Assembly: GCA_963827865.1 (NCBI GenBank)
Contig: CAWHCO010000001.1
Coordinates: forward strand, 31,977 to 95,976
Direction: 5' to 3'
Source: an uncultured bacterium
GTDB taxonomy: Bacteria; Actinomycetota; Acidimicrobiia; Spongiisociales; UBA4744
Length of the DNA: 64,000 nt
Positions 19,190 to 28,512 of this stretch are shown piece by piece. Within the stretch, counting starts at the first letter, position 1. Every line of letters begins with the position of its first letter. The translations under genes were made by a program, and so were the position numbers. A model generated the notes under the pieces. The model worked only from the letters and a program-made list of their open reading frames with translations, was not told where the DNA came from and made no database searches.

Positions 19190-19243
19190 CGGCGACCTCT
19201 TGACCCCCAGTCAAGCGCGCTAACCAAGCTGCGCCACAGCCCG
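19169..19243 (-). tRNA. tRNA-Pro(GGG), CCA not encoded
   Basis: CGGGCTG acceptor stem, CTTGA-CTGGGGG-TCAAG anticodon arm, GGTTCAAATCC T-loop; TATCAT -10 upstream. Confidence 0.97.
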
Positions 19244-19277
19244 AAGAGTGCGAATGATACCGTCGCTATCGCAGACG

Positions 19278-19421
19278 TCATCCCCCCAGCCGGTGTACCA
19301 CCCACACGATGCCCTGCACCACCCGGTACCCGAGGTAGAGGGCGATCAATACGACGATTGTTCGAAGCCCGAACGGAGGGCCGTCGTCACCATTCTGGTC
19401 AGGCAGGGACGAAGTAGACAT
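19278..19421 (-). CDS. small single-pass membrane protein
   Basis: 47 aa, hydrophobic IVVLIALYLGYRVVQGIVWVV; fills the gap between DUF35 gene and tRNA. Confidence 0.55.
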   Translation of the reverse strand: MSTSSLPDQNGDDGPPFGLRTIVVLIALYLGYRVVQGIVWVVHRLGG

Positions 19422-19944
19422 CCGTCGGCTTGAGCTTGCTGTTGCGCAGGAATCGGGGCGTGACCTCCATCCCGATCCAGTCGAGGGACACGTCGTCCAG
19501 GTCGACACCCATGATTCGGGTCAGGAACAGCGTGTCCACTCCCTCGTACTCGACGAGCGCCAGCACGAACGGCGTCTCTGGAAGGAACTCCTCAGATCCG
19601 AAGTAGCAGACCGTGAACGCGTGGACTTTCGCCGTGCGTTCTGTGATGTCGATCCAGTTCGTCTCTTCGCCCGAGTACATGTCGTGGCCACGGGGCGTTG
19701 CATAGGTGTATCCCGACTCTGGATCCTGGCTGGCGAGGAGCCTCTTGTTGGTCACTCCGGCGAACCAGGGACTGTCCTGCCCGTACGAGTGCAGGTAGGT
19801 GATCGAGTACTCCTGTTCTATCTGCAGCGGTGCCATCCGCTTGAGGAACGCGAGCGCATCTGGATCCGTTTCGACAGGGAATGGAACGCCGTGAACGACG
19901 TAGCCCCCGAGGGTCTCTTCTCGACGGTCTGGCAGCTTCGTCAT
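19399..19944 (-). CDS. DUF35/ChsH2-like OB-fold protein lacking Zn-ribbon cysteines
   Basis: TPFVLALVEYEG...IGMEVTPRF OB-fold; coupled to the thiolase-like gene. Confidence 0.85.
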   Translation of the reverse strand: MTKLPDRREETLGGYVVHGVPFPVETDPDALAFLKRMAPLQIEQEYSITYLHSYGQDSPWFAGVTNKRLLASQDPESGYTYATPRGHDMYSGEETNWIDITERTAKVHAFTVCYFGSEEFLPETPFVLALVEYEGVDTLFLTRIMGVDLDDVSLDWIGMEVTPRFLRNSKLKPTDVYFVPA

Positions 19945-19945
19945 G

Positions 19946-21310
19946 TCAGTCCTCCCTCTCGAGCACGCTCACGGTGACGTAGGTGCCGGTCCCGGCATGC
20001 GAGTGGATCGCACCCCGTCTCGCATCGGCCACTTGCAGCATCGAATCCCCGAAGTGGTCTCCGATGGATCCTTGAAGCTGCCAGATGGCGAAGACGCCCT
20101 GCATCAGGCCGGTTGCGCCGACTGGATGGCCGCAGGCGATCAGGCCCCCTGAAGGGTTGACCGGCGTGATCGGGTCATCGGGCAGGTCGAGCCCATAGTC
20201 GATTCCCGGTAGGAACGCCTTTCCTGATGCCGCAAACTCGCCCCCTTCTCCGTAGAGGCAAAGCCCCATGTCCTCGTAGGTCTGAAGCTCAGACGACGTG
20301 TAGGCGTCGTGCAGCTCGATGAAGTCCAACTCGGCGAGCGGGTCGGCGACCCCGGCTTGCCGGTACGCCATGTTGCCTGCGGTGCGGCCCGCCCGGAACG
20401 AGTGCACGCCCGGATAGCGGGTGCCGTGTTTCCACAGTCTCTTGTAGTAGCCACGCGTGTCGTCGGAGGCTTTCTCCTGTTCGGTGGCGTAGTCGCGCAT
20501 GAAGGTCTCGTAGTCGACGTGCGGTCGGTCGGACATGCGCATTGCATCGGTGCCACGACCGATGCCGGTCACCTTGACCAATGGACGCGTCACCGCCGCT
20601 CCCGCCGCCTCGAGCTTCTCGAGTCCTTCCTCGGAGGCGAGGACCGTGACCGCTGCGCCATCCGACATGACGCAGATGTCGAGCCGCGTCAGGGGCCAGG
20701 CGACCATCGGCGCGCTGCGAACGTCCTCGATCGTGTAACGGTTGCGCTTCTGCGCGTACGGGTTGTGGTACGCGTTGCGGTGGTTCTTCACCGACACGGC
20801 CGCCATCTGTTCGGGGGTGGTTCCGAACTCCTTCATATGGCGAGTGACCATCATGGCGTAGTAGCCCGAATAGAACCCCCCCACCGGGTAGTCCCACGAC
20901 ACGTCCGATGCCAAGGCGATGAACTCGTTTCCCTTCCACGTCTCGACATGGCTCATCGTTTCGAAGCCGTAGGCGACACACACGTCCATGTGTCCCGAGG
21001 CCACCGACTTCCAAGCCTCCTGGAAACACAGGCCACCCGTCGCGCCACCACCTTCGACCCGATGCCCTGGTTTGGGAACGAGCCCGAGGTAATCCTGAGC
21101 CATGATGCCGGCCATCAGCTGTCTGCTGAAGTGATCGGAGAAGTACGAGGCGACGGATCCGTCTACCACCGACGTGAACGTCCTGAAGTCGAGTCCGAGG
21201 TCGGTGATCGTGGCGTCGTACGCCTCTTTGATCACTGCCTGGAATGTCTTTTCCGGACGAGCCTTGGCGAACTTGGACACGCCACCTGCGAGTGCGTAAA
21301 CCGTACGCAT
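19946..21310 (-). CDS. thiolase-superfamily protein (SCP2/Ltp2-like, catalytic Cys absent)
   Basis: KNHRNAYHNPYAQ, SDGAA, ELHDAY, NPSGGLIACGHPVGATG; ATG 21310 with AAGGG SD. Confidence 0.9.
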   Translation of the reverse strand: MRTVYALAGGVSKFAKARPEKTFQAVIKEAYDATITDLGLDFRTFTSVVDGSVASYFSDHFSRQLMAGIMAQDYLGLVPKPGHRVEGGGATGGLCFQEAWKSVASGHMDVCVAYGFETMSHVETWKGNEFIALASDVSWDYPVGGFYSGYYAMMVTRHMKEFGTTPEQMAAVSVKNHRNAYHNPYAQKRNRYTIEDVRSAPMVAWPLTRLDICVMSDGAAVTVLASEEGLEKLEAAGAAVTRPLVKVTGIGRGTDAMRMSDRPHVDYETFMRDYATEQEKASDDTRGYYKRLWKHGTRYPGVHSFRAGRTAGNMAYRQAGVADPLAELDFIELHDAYTSSELQTYEDMGLCLYGEGGEFAASGKAFLPGIDYGLDLPDDPITPVNPSGGLIACGHPVGATGLMQGVFAIWQLQGSIGDHFGDSMLQVADARRGAIHSHAGTGTYVTVSVLERED

Positions 21311-21339
21311 TGCGCCCTTTCGTGAGTCCGAGGCGGATG

Positions 21340-22650
21340 CTACCTCGGTGGCGACTTCCTCCGTCTGGTGATCAACTGCACCGGTGTCCCTATGAAGGGG
21401 AACTCCTCTCTCAGTCGTCGCTCCAGATAGCGAAGGTAGCTCTCGTCGAGTTCCCCTCCGCCAACGAACAACACGAACGTGGGTGGCGCAGTCCCGGCCT
21501 GCACTGCGTACAGGATGCGCGGCCGGCGTCCCTTCCTGGTTGGCGGAGCATGAGCTTCCTGCCACTCCCGGACCAGACGATTGAGCGTGCCGGTTCCGAC
21601 ACGGAACTCCCGGGCCTCGATAACCTCGTCGAGGGCCGGCGCGAGCCGGTGAACCCCACGTCCTGTGAGAGCAGAGATCCTCAGGAGCGGTGCCCAGCCG
21701 ACGAACCCGAGTCGATCCGCGACATCTTCAATCGCGATCTCTCGCTGCTCTCGATCTGCACCGTCCCACTTGTTGACCAACACCACCAGTCCGGCTCCTG
21801 ACTCCTCCGCTGCCTGAGCGATACGTTGATCCTGTTGCACGATCCCGTCAACGGCATCGACGATCAGGAGGGCAACATCGGCCTCGGCGAGTGCCCCCTT
21901 CGCCCGCAGGACCGAGTAGAAGTCCGCCGCCTCCTTGACTTTCGGAGCTCGACGGATCCCAGCGGTGTCCACCACCCGGAAGCGGCGCCCCCCGATCTCC
22001 GTGACCACATCGATCGGGTCCCGTGTGGTTCCAGGGGTCGGCGACACCAGCACCCGCTCCTCCCCCAGCAGCCTGTTCAAGAGGGTCGACTTCCCGACGT
22101 TGGGCCTGCCGATGATCGCGAGGCTCTTCAGCTCCTCGGTCGGTCCCTCTGGCACGTCGGGGAGACGCTCTACGACCCGGTCGAGAAGATCGCCAACTCC
22201 TCTGCCGTGGAGCGCCGACACGGCCGATGGCTCTCCAAGGCCGAGCTGCCATAGATCCGCGACGTCAGGCTCCTGCTTCGCGTCGTCAACCTTGTTGGCC
22301 ACGAGGATCACCGGGGTGTCGCGAAGCAAGCGGGCCACCCGCGCGTCGTCTTCGGATACGCCGGCCGTAGCGTCCACGACGAACAGCACGAGGTCGGCCG
22401 CACCTAGTGCCGCCTCAGCCTGTCCTGAGATTGCAGCAACCAGTTCCTCGCTCGGCGCGACCTCCCACCCTCCGGTGTCGACGATCAAGAACTCCCTGCC
22501 TGCCCAGTCGGCGCGGAACTCCCGCCGGTCGCGCGTGACGCCGGGCCGCTCGTCCACGACGGCGACGCGACGCCCGAGCACACGGTTCACGAGACTCGAC
22601 TTGCCAACGTTCGGGCGGCCGACAACGGCCACGACGGGCGTTCTACTCAC
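21340..22650 (-). CDS. der: ribosome biogenesis GTPase Der
   Basis: Two GRPNVGKS G-domains, DTGG/DTAG, NKVD/NKWD. Confidence 0.97.
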   Translation of the reverse strand: MSRTPVVAVVGRPNVGKSSLVNRVLGRRVAVVDERPGVTRDRREFRADWAGREFLIVDTGGWEVAPSEELVAAISGQAEAALGAADLVLFVVDATAGVSEDDARVARLLRDTPVILVANKVDDAKQEPDVADLWQLGLGEPSAVSALHGRGVGDLLDRVVERLPDVPEGPTEELKSLAIIGRPNVGKSTLLNRLLGEERVLVSPTPGTTRDPIDVVTEIGGRRFRVVDTAGIRRAPKVKEAADFYSVLRAKGALAEADVALLIVDAVDGIVQQDQRIAQAAEESGAGLVVLVNKWDGADREQREIAIEDVADRLGFVGWAPLLRISALTGRGVHRLAPALDEVIEAREFRVGTGTLNRLVREWQEAHAPPTRKGRRPRILYAVQAGTAPPTFVLFVGGGELDESYLRYLERRLREEFPFIGTPVQLITRRRKSPPR

Positions 22651-22698
22651 GACACTTCCTCTTGGTCACGACAACGCTAGTAAGGCGAACTTCGCTCG

Positions 22699-22787
22699 CC
22701 GTACCCGGTACTTCATACGCCACAAGAGGCGCAGCAAGACACCGAGGCGAGCCGTACGCGGTACAAGGTACAAGGCACAAGGTACGG
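22699..22787. repeat. heptamer-periodic inverted array
   Basis: ggtacaa-ggtacaa-ggcacaa-ggtacgg at 22760-22787; degenerate complement at 22699-22719. Confidence 0.6.
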
Positions 22788-22845
22788 GGTAGGAACTGGC
22801 GGTGGGCACACAGGCCTACCCCCAGTTCTCTGTACCATTCCCTCC

Positions 22846-23892
22846 ATGATCGACCATGTGCTTTTGGCGGAACCTCGAGGGTTCTGTGCCGGTGTGGAGA
22901 TGGCCATCAAGGCACTCACGTGGATGGTGCGGGTCTTCGACCCTCCCGTCTACTGCTACCACGAGATCGTCCACAACCAATGGGTCGTCGGTGCGTTCGA
23001 GCATATGGGTGTCGTGTTCGTCGACGACATCGGAGCCGTCCCGGTTGGCTCACCACTCATGCTGTCCGCCCACGGGTCCGCTCCCGAGGTCGTTGCTGCC
23101 TCCGCAGACCGCGCTGGGGTCGTGATAGACGCGGTCTGTCCGCTCGTCACGAAGGTGCACCACGAAGTCAAGCGGATGTCAGCGCAGGGCTACGACATCA
23201 TCTATGTCGGCCATGAAGGTCACGACGAGGCGACCGGAACAGTCGCCGTCGCTCCCGACGCGATCCACCTCCTCGAACCCGACCAATCCCTCGACGGGTT
23301 CAGGCCGCACAATCCGTCGAAGGTCGCACTCCTGGCACAAACCACGCTCGGCCTCCACGAATGGGAAGCGGTTCTCGAGTCCGCAGAAGACCGGTTCGTA
23401 GACCTCCAGACAGCCCGCCGGAGTGACCTCTGCTACGCCACCACCAACCGGCAAGAGGCCGTGAAGTCCCTCGCGAATGGATCCGACGTCATCCTGGTCG
23501 TCGGTTCGGCGAGCAGTTCCAACACTCAAGCCCTCGTGCGAGTCGCCCGACGGGAGGGAAGGCCGACCTACCGCGTCGACTCCGCCTCCCACATCCAGGA
23601 TTCGTGGCTCGATGGTGCCGCCGTTGTCGGTGTGACCGCCGGAGCGTCCGCACCCGACCACCTCGTCCAAGAGGTCATCGCAAGAGTCGCTCCCTGTAAC
23701 GGCTACCGGTTGCTAGCGGTCACCGACGAGGACGAGTACTTCCCGCTCCCACGGCAACTCCGCGGCTTTCTCACCGCTCTTCAGTCCGCTGTCGAGGGAG
23801 GGTTTGGGGCAAGGGCTCCGGGCCGCCCCGGCCCGCTTCAGAATGATCGCTCCTGGACGGCGACGGAGGCACTCGCCGACCTCAGGGGCTAG
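22846..23892 (+). CDS. ispH: 4-hydroxy-3-methylbut-2-enyl diphosphate reductase
   Basis: PRGFCAGV, DAVCPLVTKVH, LCYATTNRQ, SSNT, VTAGASAP. Confidence 0.96.
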   Translation: MIDHVLLAEPRGFCAGVEMAIKALTWMVRVFDPPVYCYHEIVHNQWVVGAFEHMGVVFVDDIGAVPVGSPLMLSAHGSAPEVVAASADRAGVVIDAVCPLVTKVHHEVKRMSAQGYDIIYVGHEGHDEATGTVAVAPDAIHLLEPDQSLDGFRPHNPSKVALLAQTTLGLHEWEAVLESAEDRFVDLQTARRSDLCYATTNRQEAVKSLANGSDVILVVGSASSSNTQALVRVARREGRPTYRVDSASHIQDSWLDGAAVVGVTAGASAPDHLVQEVIARVAPCNGYRLLAVTDEDEYFPLPRQLRGFLTALQSAVEGGFGARAPGRPGPLQNDRSWTATEALADLRG

Positions 23893-24066
23893 CCGTTTCC
23901 TCCGGCCGAAGGTCCAGTGTCGGGGAGGTGGTTTCGAGCTGACGCTCGACGCTGGGTGGTTCCCACCAACGAAGACCTCCCTCTCGCGGTGGTTTCGCCG
24001 CTGCGATGCTTCTGCCTCACCCTTTCGGGCTCTTGGGGGACCAAAACGGCTCGCACGGCGAGCCTC

Positions 24067-25971
24067 CTAGAGCATCGCAATGATCTTCGGGACTACTTGA
24101 TCGAAGGTCAGGTCGGAGGTGTCGAGGACAACGGCGTCGGCGGCGGGAGTCAGCGGTGAGACGGGTCGCGAGGAGTCCAGCTCGTCTCGTCGGGCGAGAT
24201 CTCGCTGCACGTGGTCGACCCCCGCATCCCGAGTCTCCTCTGCGCGGCGACGCGCGCGCACCTCCGGTCTGGCGATGAGGAAGACCTTGAGACGTGCACC
24301 AGGAAACACCACAGTGCCGATGTCACGGCCCTCGACCACGGCACTGCCGCCATGGGCAGCGACCCACTCGCGCTGACGGCGCACCATCTCCCTGCGCACC
24401 GCCGGGTCTGCACTCACCGCCGACACGTGCCTGTTGACCTCATCCGTTCTGATCGCTCTCGAGACGTCCTCGGAGTCGATGGAGACCTTGCCTTCCTCGT
24501 ATCGAATGTCGACCTCGCGCGCCAACTCCCCGAGAGCGTGCCCCTCTGCACCTCGTCGCAACGCCTCGAGCGTGATCGCTCGGTAGAACGCCCCTGTATC
24601 CAGATGCGCCATGCCAAGAGCGGTGGCGAGCGCTCTGCTAACGGTTGTCTTCCCCGACCCCCCTGGCCCGTCGATCGCGATTACATCCATGGCCGCGGGA
24701 ACCCTAGCGGTCGGCCCTCCTACCTCGGCAGCCCACTCGTTTCCCGCGATGGCAGCCATGTCCCTGTAGAAGGCCGGCCACGTCTTCGTAACGCTCTCGT
24801 CCCCCCTGACAGTCACACCTTCCTGGGCAAGGCCTGCCACCGAGAAGACCATCGCCATGCGATGGTCTTCGCGTGCGTCGAGCGTGCCGCCGTGTTGCAC
24901 CCGGCGCGACACCGTCAACTCGTTGCCACGTGTATCGACGGTGGCTCCAAGCGTGCGTAGTCCGTGCACGATGCCGGAGAGGCGGTCACTCTCCTTGTGA
25001 GCAAGGGTGCCGAGTCCGGTGAGTCGCGAGGTGCCTTCTGCGAAGCCTGCGGCCACAGCGACGACCAAGGCGCCATCCGGTGCCCCCCCCATGTTCTCTT
25101 CAACCGGTCTCAACTCCTGCGGCCCCTCAACGGTGACGCCACTTCCTGACCAGTCGACGGCGCACCCCATCCGCTCCAGCACGTCGAACACCGCCAGATC
25201 GGGTTGAAGACGATCACGCTCGACGTCCTGGATCGTGACCTTCCCACCGGTGATGGCAGCAGCGAGTGCCGGGTACACGGCCAGACCGGCGTCCGGAGGC
25301 ACCGAGAAGTTGGTGGAGGCGTACCGTTCTCCAGGGGGCACATCGACTCCTCGGGAGCCAAGGTGCGAGATCGCGCCGAATGCCCGCATGACCTCAACGG
25401 TCGCCTCGACGAACGGTCCCGACGCCAGCTCGTCCCAGAAAACGAGGAGCCCGTCGAGGTTGGGAGCGATCATCGCGACTGCAGAGACGAACTGGCTAGA
25501 TGCCGACGCGTCGACAAACACTTCACCGCCCGTCAGCGATGCTCCGTCGACCACGATCGGGAGGGCGTCCCCATCGATGTGGGCACCCAATGCTCGTAGC
25601 GCGTGGATCAACGGTGCAAGGGGTCGCTCCCTGAGGCGGGCTTCACCGTCGATTCGTACCTCCGTGCCACACAGGGCAGCTACGCCGGTCAGGAACCGTG
25701 CCGTCGTCCCAGACGCGGCTGCCCAGATGTTCCCCCCGGTGAGACCGTTGGTGGAGTCGACGACCAGATCGTCCTGCTCCTCGCGAATGTGGACGCCGAG
25801 AGCCCGGAGCCCGCCAATCATCGCCTCCGAGTCATCGCACGCTGCCGCACCCCGGAGACGGCTCACGCCGCCGCTGAGGGAGGCGACCACGAGTGCCCTG
25901 GCCGTGACACTGCGTGAGCCGGGGACGTTCATCGTGCCGAAAGCTCGGCGAGGTCTGATGCGACGCGTCAT
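24067..25971 (-). CDS. aroA: EPSP synthase - cytidylate kinase fusion (AroA-Cmk)
   Basis: SSQF, KESDR, DHRMAM followed by IAIDGPGGSGKTT, LDTGAFYR, EGRDIGTVVFP. Confidence 0.92.
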   Translation of the reverse strand: MTRRIRPRRAFGTMNVPGSRSVTARALVVASLSGGVSRLRGAAACDDSEAMIGGLRALGVHIREEQDDLVVDSTNGLTGGNIWAAASGTTARFLTGVAALCGTEVRIDGEARLRERPLAPLIHALRALGAHIDGDALPIVVDGASLTGGEVFVDASASSQFVSAVAMIAPNLDGLLVFWDELASGPFVEATVEVMRAFGAISHLGSRGVDVPPGERYASTNFSVPPDAGLAVYPALAAAITGGKVTIQDVERDRLQPDLAVFDVLERMGCAVDWSGSGVTVEGPQELRPVEENMGGAPDGALVVAVAAGFAEGTSRLTGLGTLAHKESDRLSGIVHGLRTLGATVDTRGNELTVSRRVQHGGTLDAREDHRMAMVFSVAGLAQEGVTVRGDESVTKTWPAFYRDMAAIAGNEWAAEVGGPTARVPAAMDVIAIDGPGGSGKTTVSRALATALGMAHLDTGAFYRAITLEALRRGAEGHALGELAREVDIRYEEGKVSIDSEDVSRAIRTDEVNRHVSAVSADPAVRREMVRRQREWVAAHGGSAVVEGRDIGTVVFPGARLKVFLIARPEVRARRRAEETRDAGVDHVQRDLARRDELDSSRPVSPLTPAADAVVLDTSDLTFDQVVPKIIAML

Positions 25972-26684
25972 CGTTCTGTTGCAGCGTAGAGACTCCGGAC
26001 TTCCTCAATCCCCAGCGGCCTGCTGTTGCCGGGCTTGAGGGTGTGGTCGCTGAGGGGACCGATCGCCGTGCGAACGAGTCGCACCACGGGCAGGTCCACC
26101 GCATCGCACATCCTCCGTACCTCCCGGTTCCGACCCTCAGTCAGAACGATCTCTAGGAGGGCCTCTTCTTCCAGACGATCGACGACTCGTACCGACACGG
26201 GGCGTGCGAGGCCATCCTCGAGTTCGACCCCTCCTCTCAGACGACGAACCCGCACCCTTGTCGCGTTTCCTCTGACCCGCACCAGATACGTCTTGTGGAC
26301 TCCATACCTGGGATGGGTGAGGCGTTCGGTGAGAATCCCGTCGTTCGTCAGCACGATGAGGCCTTCCGAATCGCTGTCGAGGCGACCGACCGGATACACG
26401 CGAGTCTCGGTTGGAACCATGGCGACCACGGTTGGCCGGCCGTGGGTGTCCTCGGCAGTACTGATGACGCCGAGCGGCTTGTTGAGTAGGAAGTAGACGA
26501 GCCCAGGAGCAACCGGCAGAGGAACCCCATCGACCTCGACAAGAGCGGTCTCAGGATCGATCTTCTGTCCGAGATGAGCAGCGACTCCATTCACGGTCAC
26601 GCGGCCCTCGATGATCATCTCCTCGGAGCCGCGACGTGACGTGAGGCCGGAGTGTGCGATGAGCTTCTGCAGGCGTTCGATCAT
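25968..26684 (-). CDS. rluB: rRNA pseudouridine synthase (RluB/RsuA family)
   Basis: S4 domain ERLQK, NKP, VGRLD, EGRNREVRRM. Confidence 0.9.
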   Translation of the reverse strand: MIERLQKLIAHSGLTSRRGSEEMIIEGRVTVNGVAAHLGQKIDPETALVEVDGVPLPVAPGLVYFLLNKPLGVISTAEDTHGRPTVVAMVPTETRVYPVGRLDSDSEGLIVLTNDGILTERLTHPRYGVHKTYLVRVRGNATRVRVRRLRGGVELEDGLARPVSVRVVDRLEEEALLEIVLTEGRNREVRRMCDAVDLPVVRLVRTAIGPLSDHTLKPGNSRPLGIEEVRSLYAATER

Positions 26685-27244
26685 TCGGAGCGGAAGCTCT
26701 CCTCCAACGACTCCACGACCGTTGAGGGGGGCACATGGTCGGCGAGCGGAGGCAGCTCATCGAGCGAGTTGATGCCGACCTTCTCGAGGAACAGGCGCGA
26801 CGTCTCGTACAGAGCGGGGTTTCCTGGTGTCGAGAGCCGCTCACGTTCCTGGATCAGGCCCCTCCGCTCGAGTGTCCGTACAGCGGAACCGGAATCGACA
26901 CCCCGAATCTCTGTGATCTGCCCCTTCGAGACAGGTTGCTGGTACGCGATGATCGACAGCACCTCCATCGCCGCATTCGAGAGCCGAGCCGAGGACGCTG
27001 AAACGGCGAAGCTTTCCAGGAATGGACGCGTCTCGGGTCGGGTGTAGAGACGCCATCCGCCGGCCGTCTCCCGGACGACAAGTCCTGAGCCCCGCTCATC
27101 GAGAGATGCTCGGAGCGTGCCCATGCTACGGTCGACGTCGTCGACTCCGATCTCCAGCACTTCCGCGAGTTGCTCCCTCGACACAGGCTCCTCGGCGACG
27201 AACAGGATCGCCTCGATGACACGGGCGAGTTCGATGTCACTCAC
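26681..27244 (-). CDS. scpB: SMC-Scp complex subunit ScpB
   Basis: IEAILF, LSIIAYQQP, IRGVDS, LDELPPL. Confidence 0.96.
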   Translation of the reverse strand: MSDIELARVIEAILFVAEEPVSREQLAEVLEIGVDDVDRSMGTLRASLDERGSGLVVRETAGGWRLYTRPETRPFLESFAVSASSARLSNAAMEVLSIIAYQQPVSKGQITEIRGVDSGSAVRTLERRGLIQERERLSTPGNPALYETSRLFLEKVGINSLDELPPLADHVPPSTVVESLEESFRSE

Positions 27245-27247
27245 GGC

Positions 27248-28015
27248 TCACTCCCACTCGCTCTCGATCGTCAGGTCCACCACTGCCGCCTTCACTCGAA
27301 TCTCCGAAAGCCAGCCGCTCTGGGTGGCTTCCACGACCCCCCAACGGGCGAGTTCCAGAAGAGCGAGGAAGTAGGCGATGACCTCTACCGGGCGTTCCGT
27401 ATGTGCAACGAGGTCAGAGAAGCCTGCTTCGGCGTCCATGGTGACGCGCCTGCGGAGATCTGCCATCGCATCCGCGACCGATGGCAGGTCGAGGTCGAGA
27501 TGGTCGAGGTCGGGCTCGGCGGTCGTCGTTTCGAAGAGTTCGGCCGCGAGCCGCGCCAGCCGGTCGCCATCGATCGGTGGCAGCGTGTCGGGCCGAGGTG
27601 GCAGGGGGAAATCGATGCCCCATGAACGCGACATGAACCGGTCGGCACGGTCCATCCTGTGGGCGATCACCGCGGCGACATCCTTGAACGTGACACACGC
27701 GAGGAGCCGCGCGAGGAGCCGATCCCGCTCTTCTAAGAGTTCCAGTTCCTCGTCGAGGTCAGCCCCATCCGACGTAGGTAGAAGGCGGCGAGCCTTGAGC
27801 TGAATGAGCGTCGACGCGATCAGCACGAACTCGCTGGTGACTTCGAGATCGAGACGCTCGATCTCCTCGATGACCGCCAGGTACTCATCGACCAGGTCAA
27901 CCAGGCTGACTGCGGTGATCTCGAGCTGGTGACTCGTGATCAGTTGGAGCAGGAGGTCCAGTGGACCTTCGAACACGGCTGTCTTGACTTCGTGTGTCTT
28001 CACGGCGCCCATCAT
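27248..28015 (-). CDS. scpA: segregation/condensation protein A
   Basis: FEGPLDLLLQLI, KARRLLP, FLALLEL. Confidence 0.96.
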   Translation of the reverse strand: MMGAVKTHEVKTAVFEGPLDLLLQLITSHQLEITAVSLVDLVDEYLAVIEEIERLDLEVTSEFVLIASTLIQLKARRLLPTSDGADLDEELELLEERDRLLARLLACVTFKDVAAVIAHRMDRADRFMSRSWGIDFPLPPRPDTLPPIDGDRLARLAAELFETTTAEPDLDHLDLDLPSVADAMADLRRRVTMDAEAGFSDLVAHTERPVEVIAYFLALLELARWGVVEATQSGWLSEIRVKAAVVDLTIESEWE

Positions 28016-28512
28016 CGTATTGGCGGGACGCTGTTCAGACGCGCCTTTCGATCCGCCTCAACGAGCAGCGCCCAGTCCTCGAGTGGCACACTCGCCGGCC
28101 TTCGGCTGTGGTGGTACCTGGCATAGTCGACGACGAGCCGCTCTACCCCTTCTCGTTCCAGCAGCTCCGCGCCAATGGGACCATGGTCCAGATATCGAGC
28201 GAGCCGACCTTTCACCGGGATGTGGAATTTCGCTCCTGCGCTCGCGAGCGATCGTCCCCAGACACCCAGTCCGGAGGCCTGCTTGCCGACGTCATGCAGG
28301 AGTGCCGCACGGCGAAGGGCCGCTGGCGCTCGGCGGGCTGCCGCAAGCCCATGCTGCTGGTCGGCGGATGGCTGGGCGAAGAACAACGTGGCTTCTCCGT
28401 CGGAGCGAAGCAGTGAGCGAACCTCCTCCCGTTGAGCGTCCGTCAGTGGCTTCGCAACGAGCGCTTCGAAAAACCTCCTCGCGAGGTGCCACCATCCGCC
28501 GAGTCCACTCAC
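28012..28512 (-). CDS. HD-domain protein
   Basis: DQQH...ALLHDVGK, HGPIGAELL; GTGA overlap at 28509-28512. Confidence 0.8.
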   Translation of the reverse strand: MSGLGGWWHLARRFFEALVAKPLTDAQREEVRSLLRSDGEATLFFAQPSADQQHGLAAARRAPAALRRAALLHDVGKQASGLGVWGRSLASAGAKFHIPVKGRLARYLDHGPIGAELLEREGVERLVVDYARYHHSRRPASVPLEDWALLVEADRKARLNSVPPIR

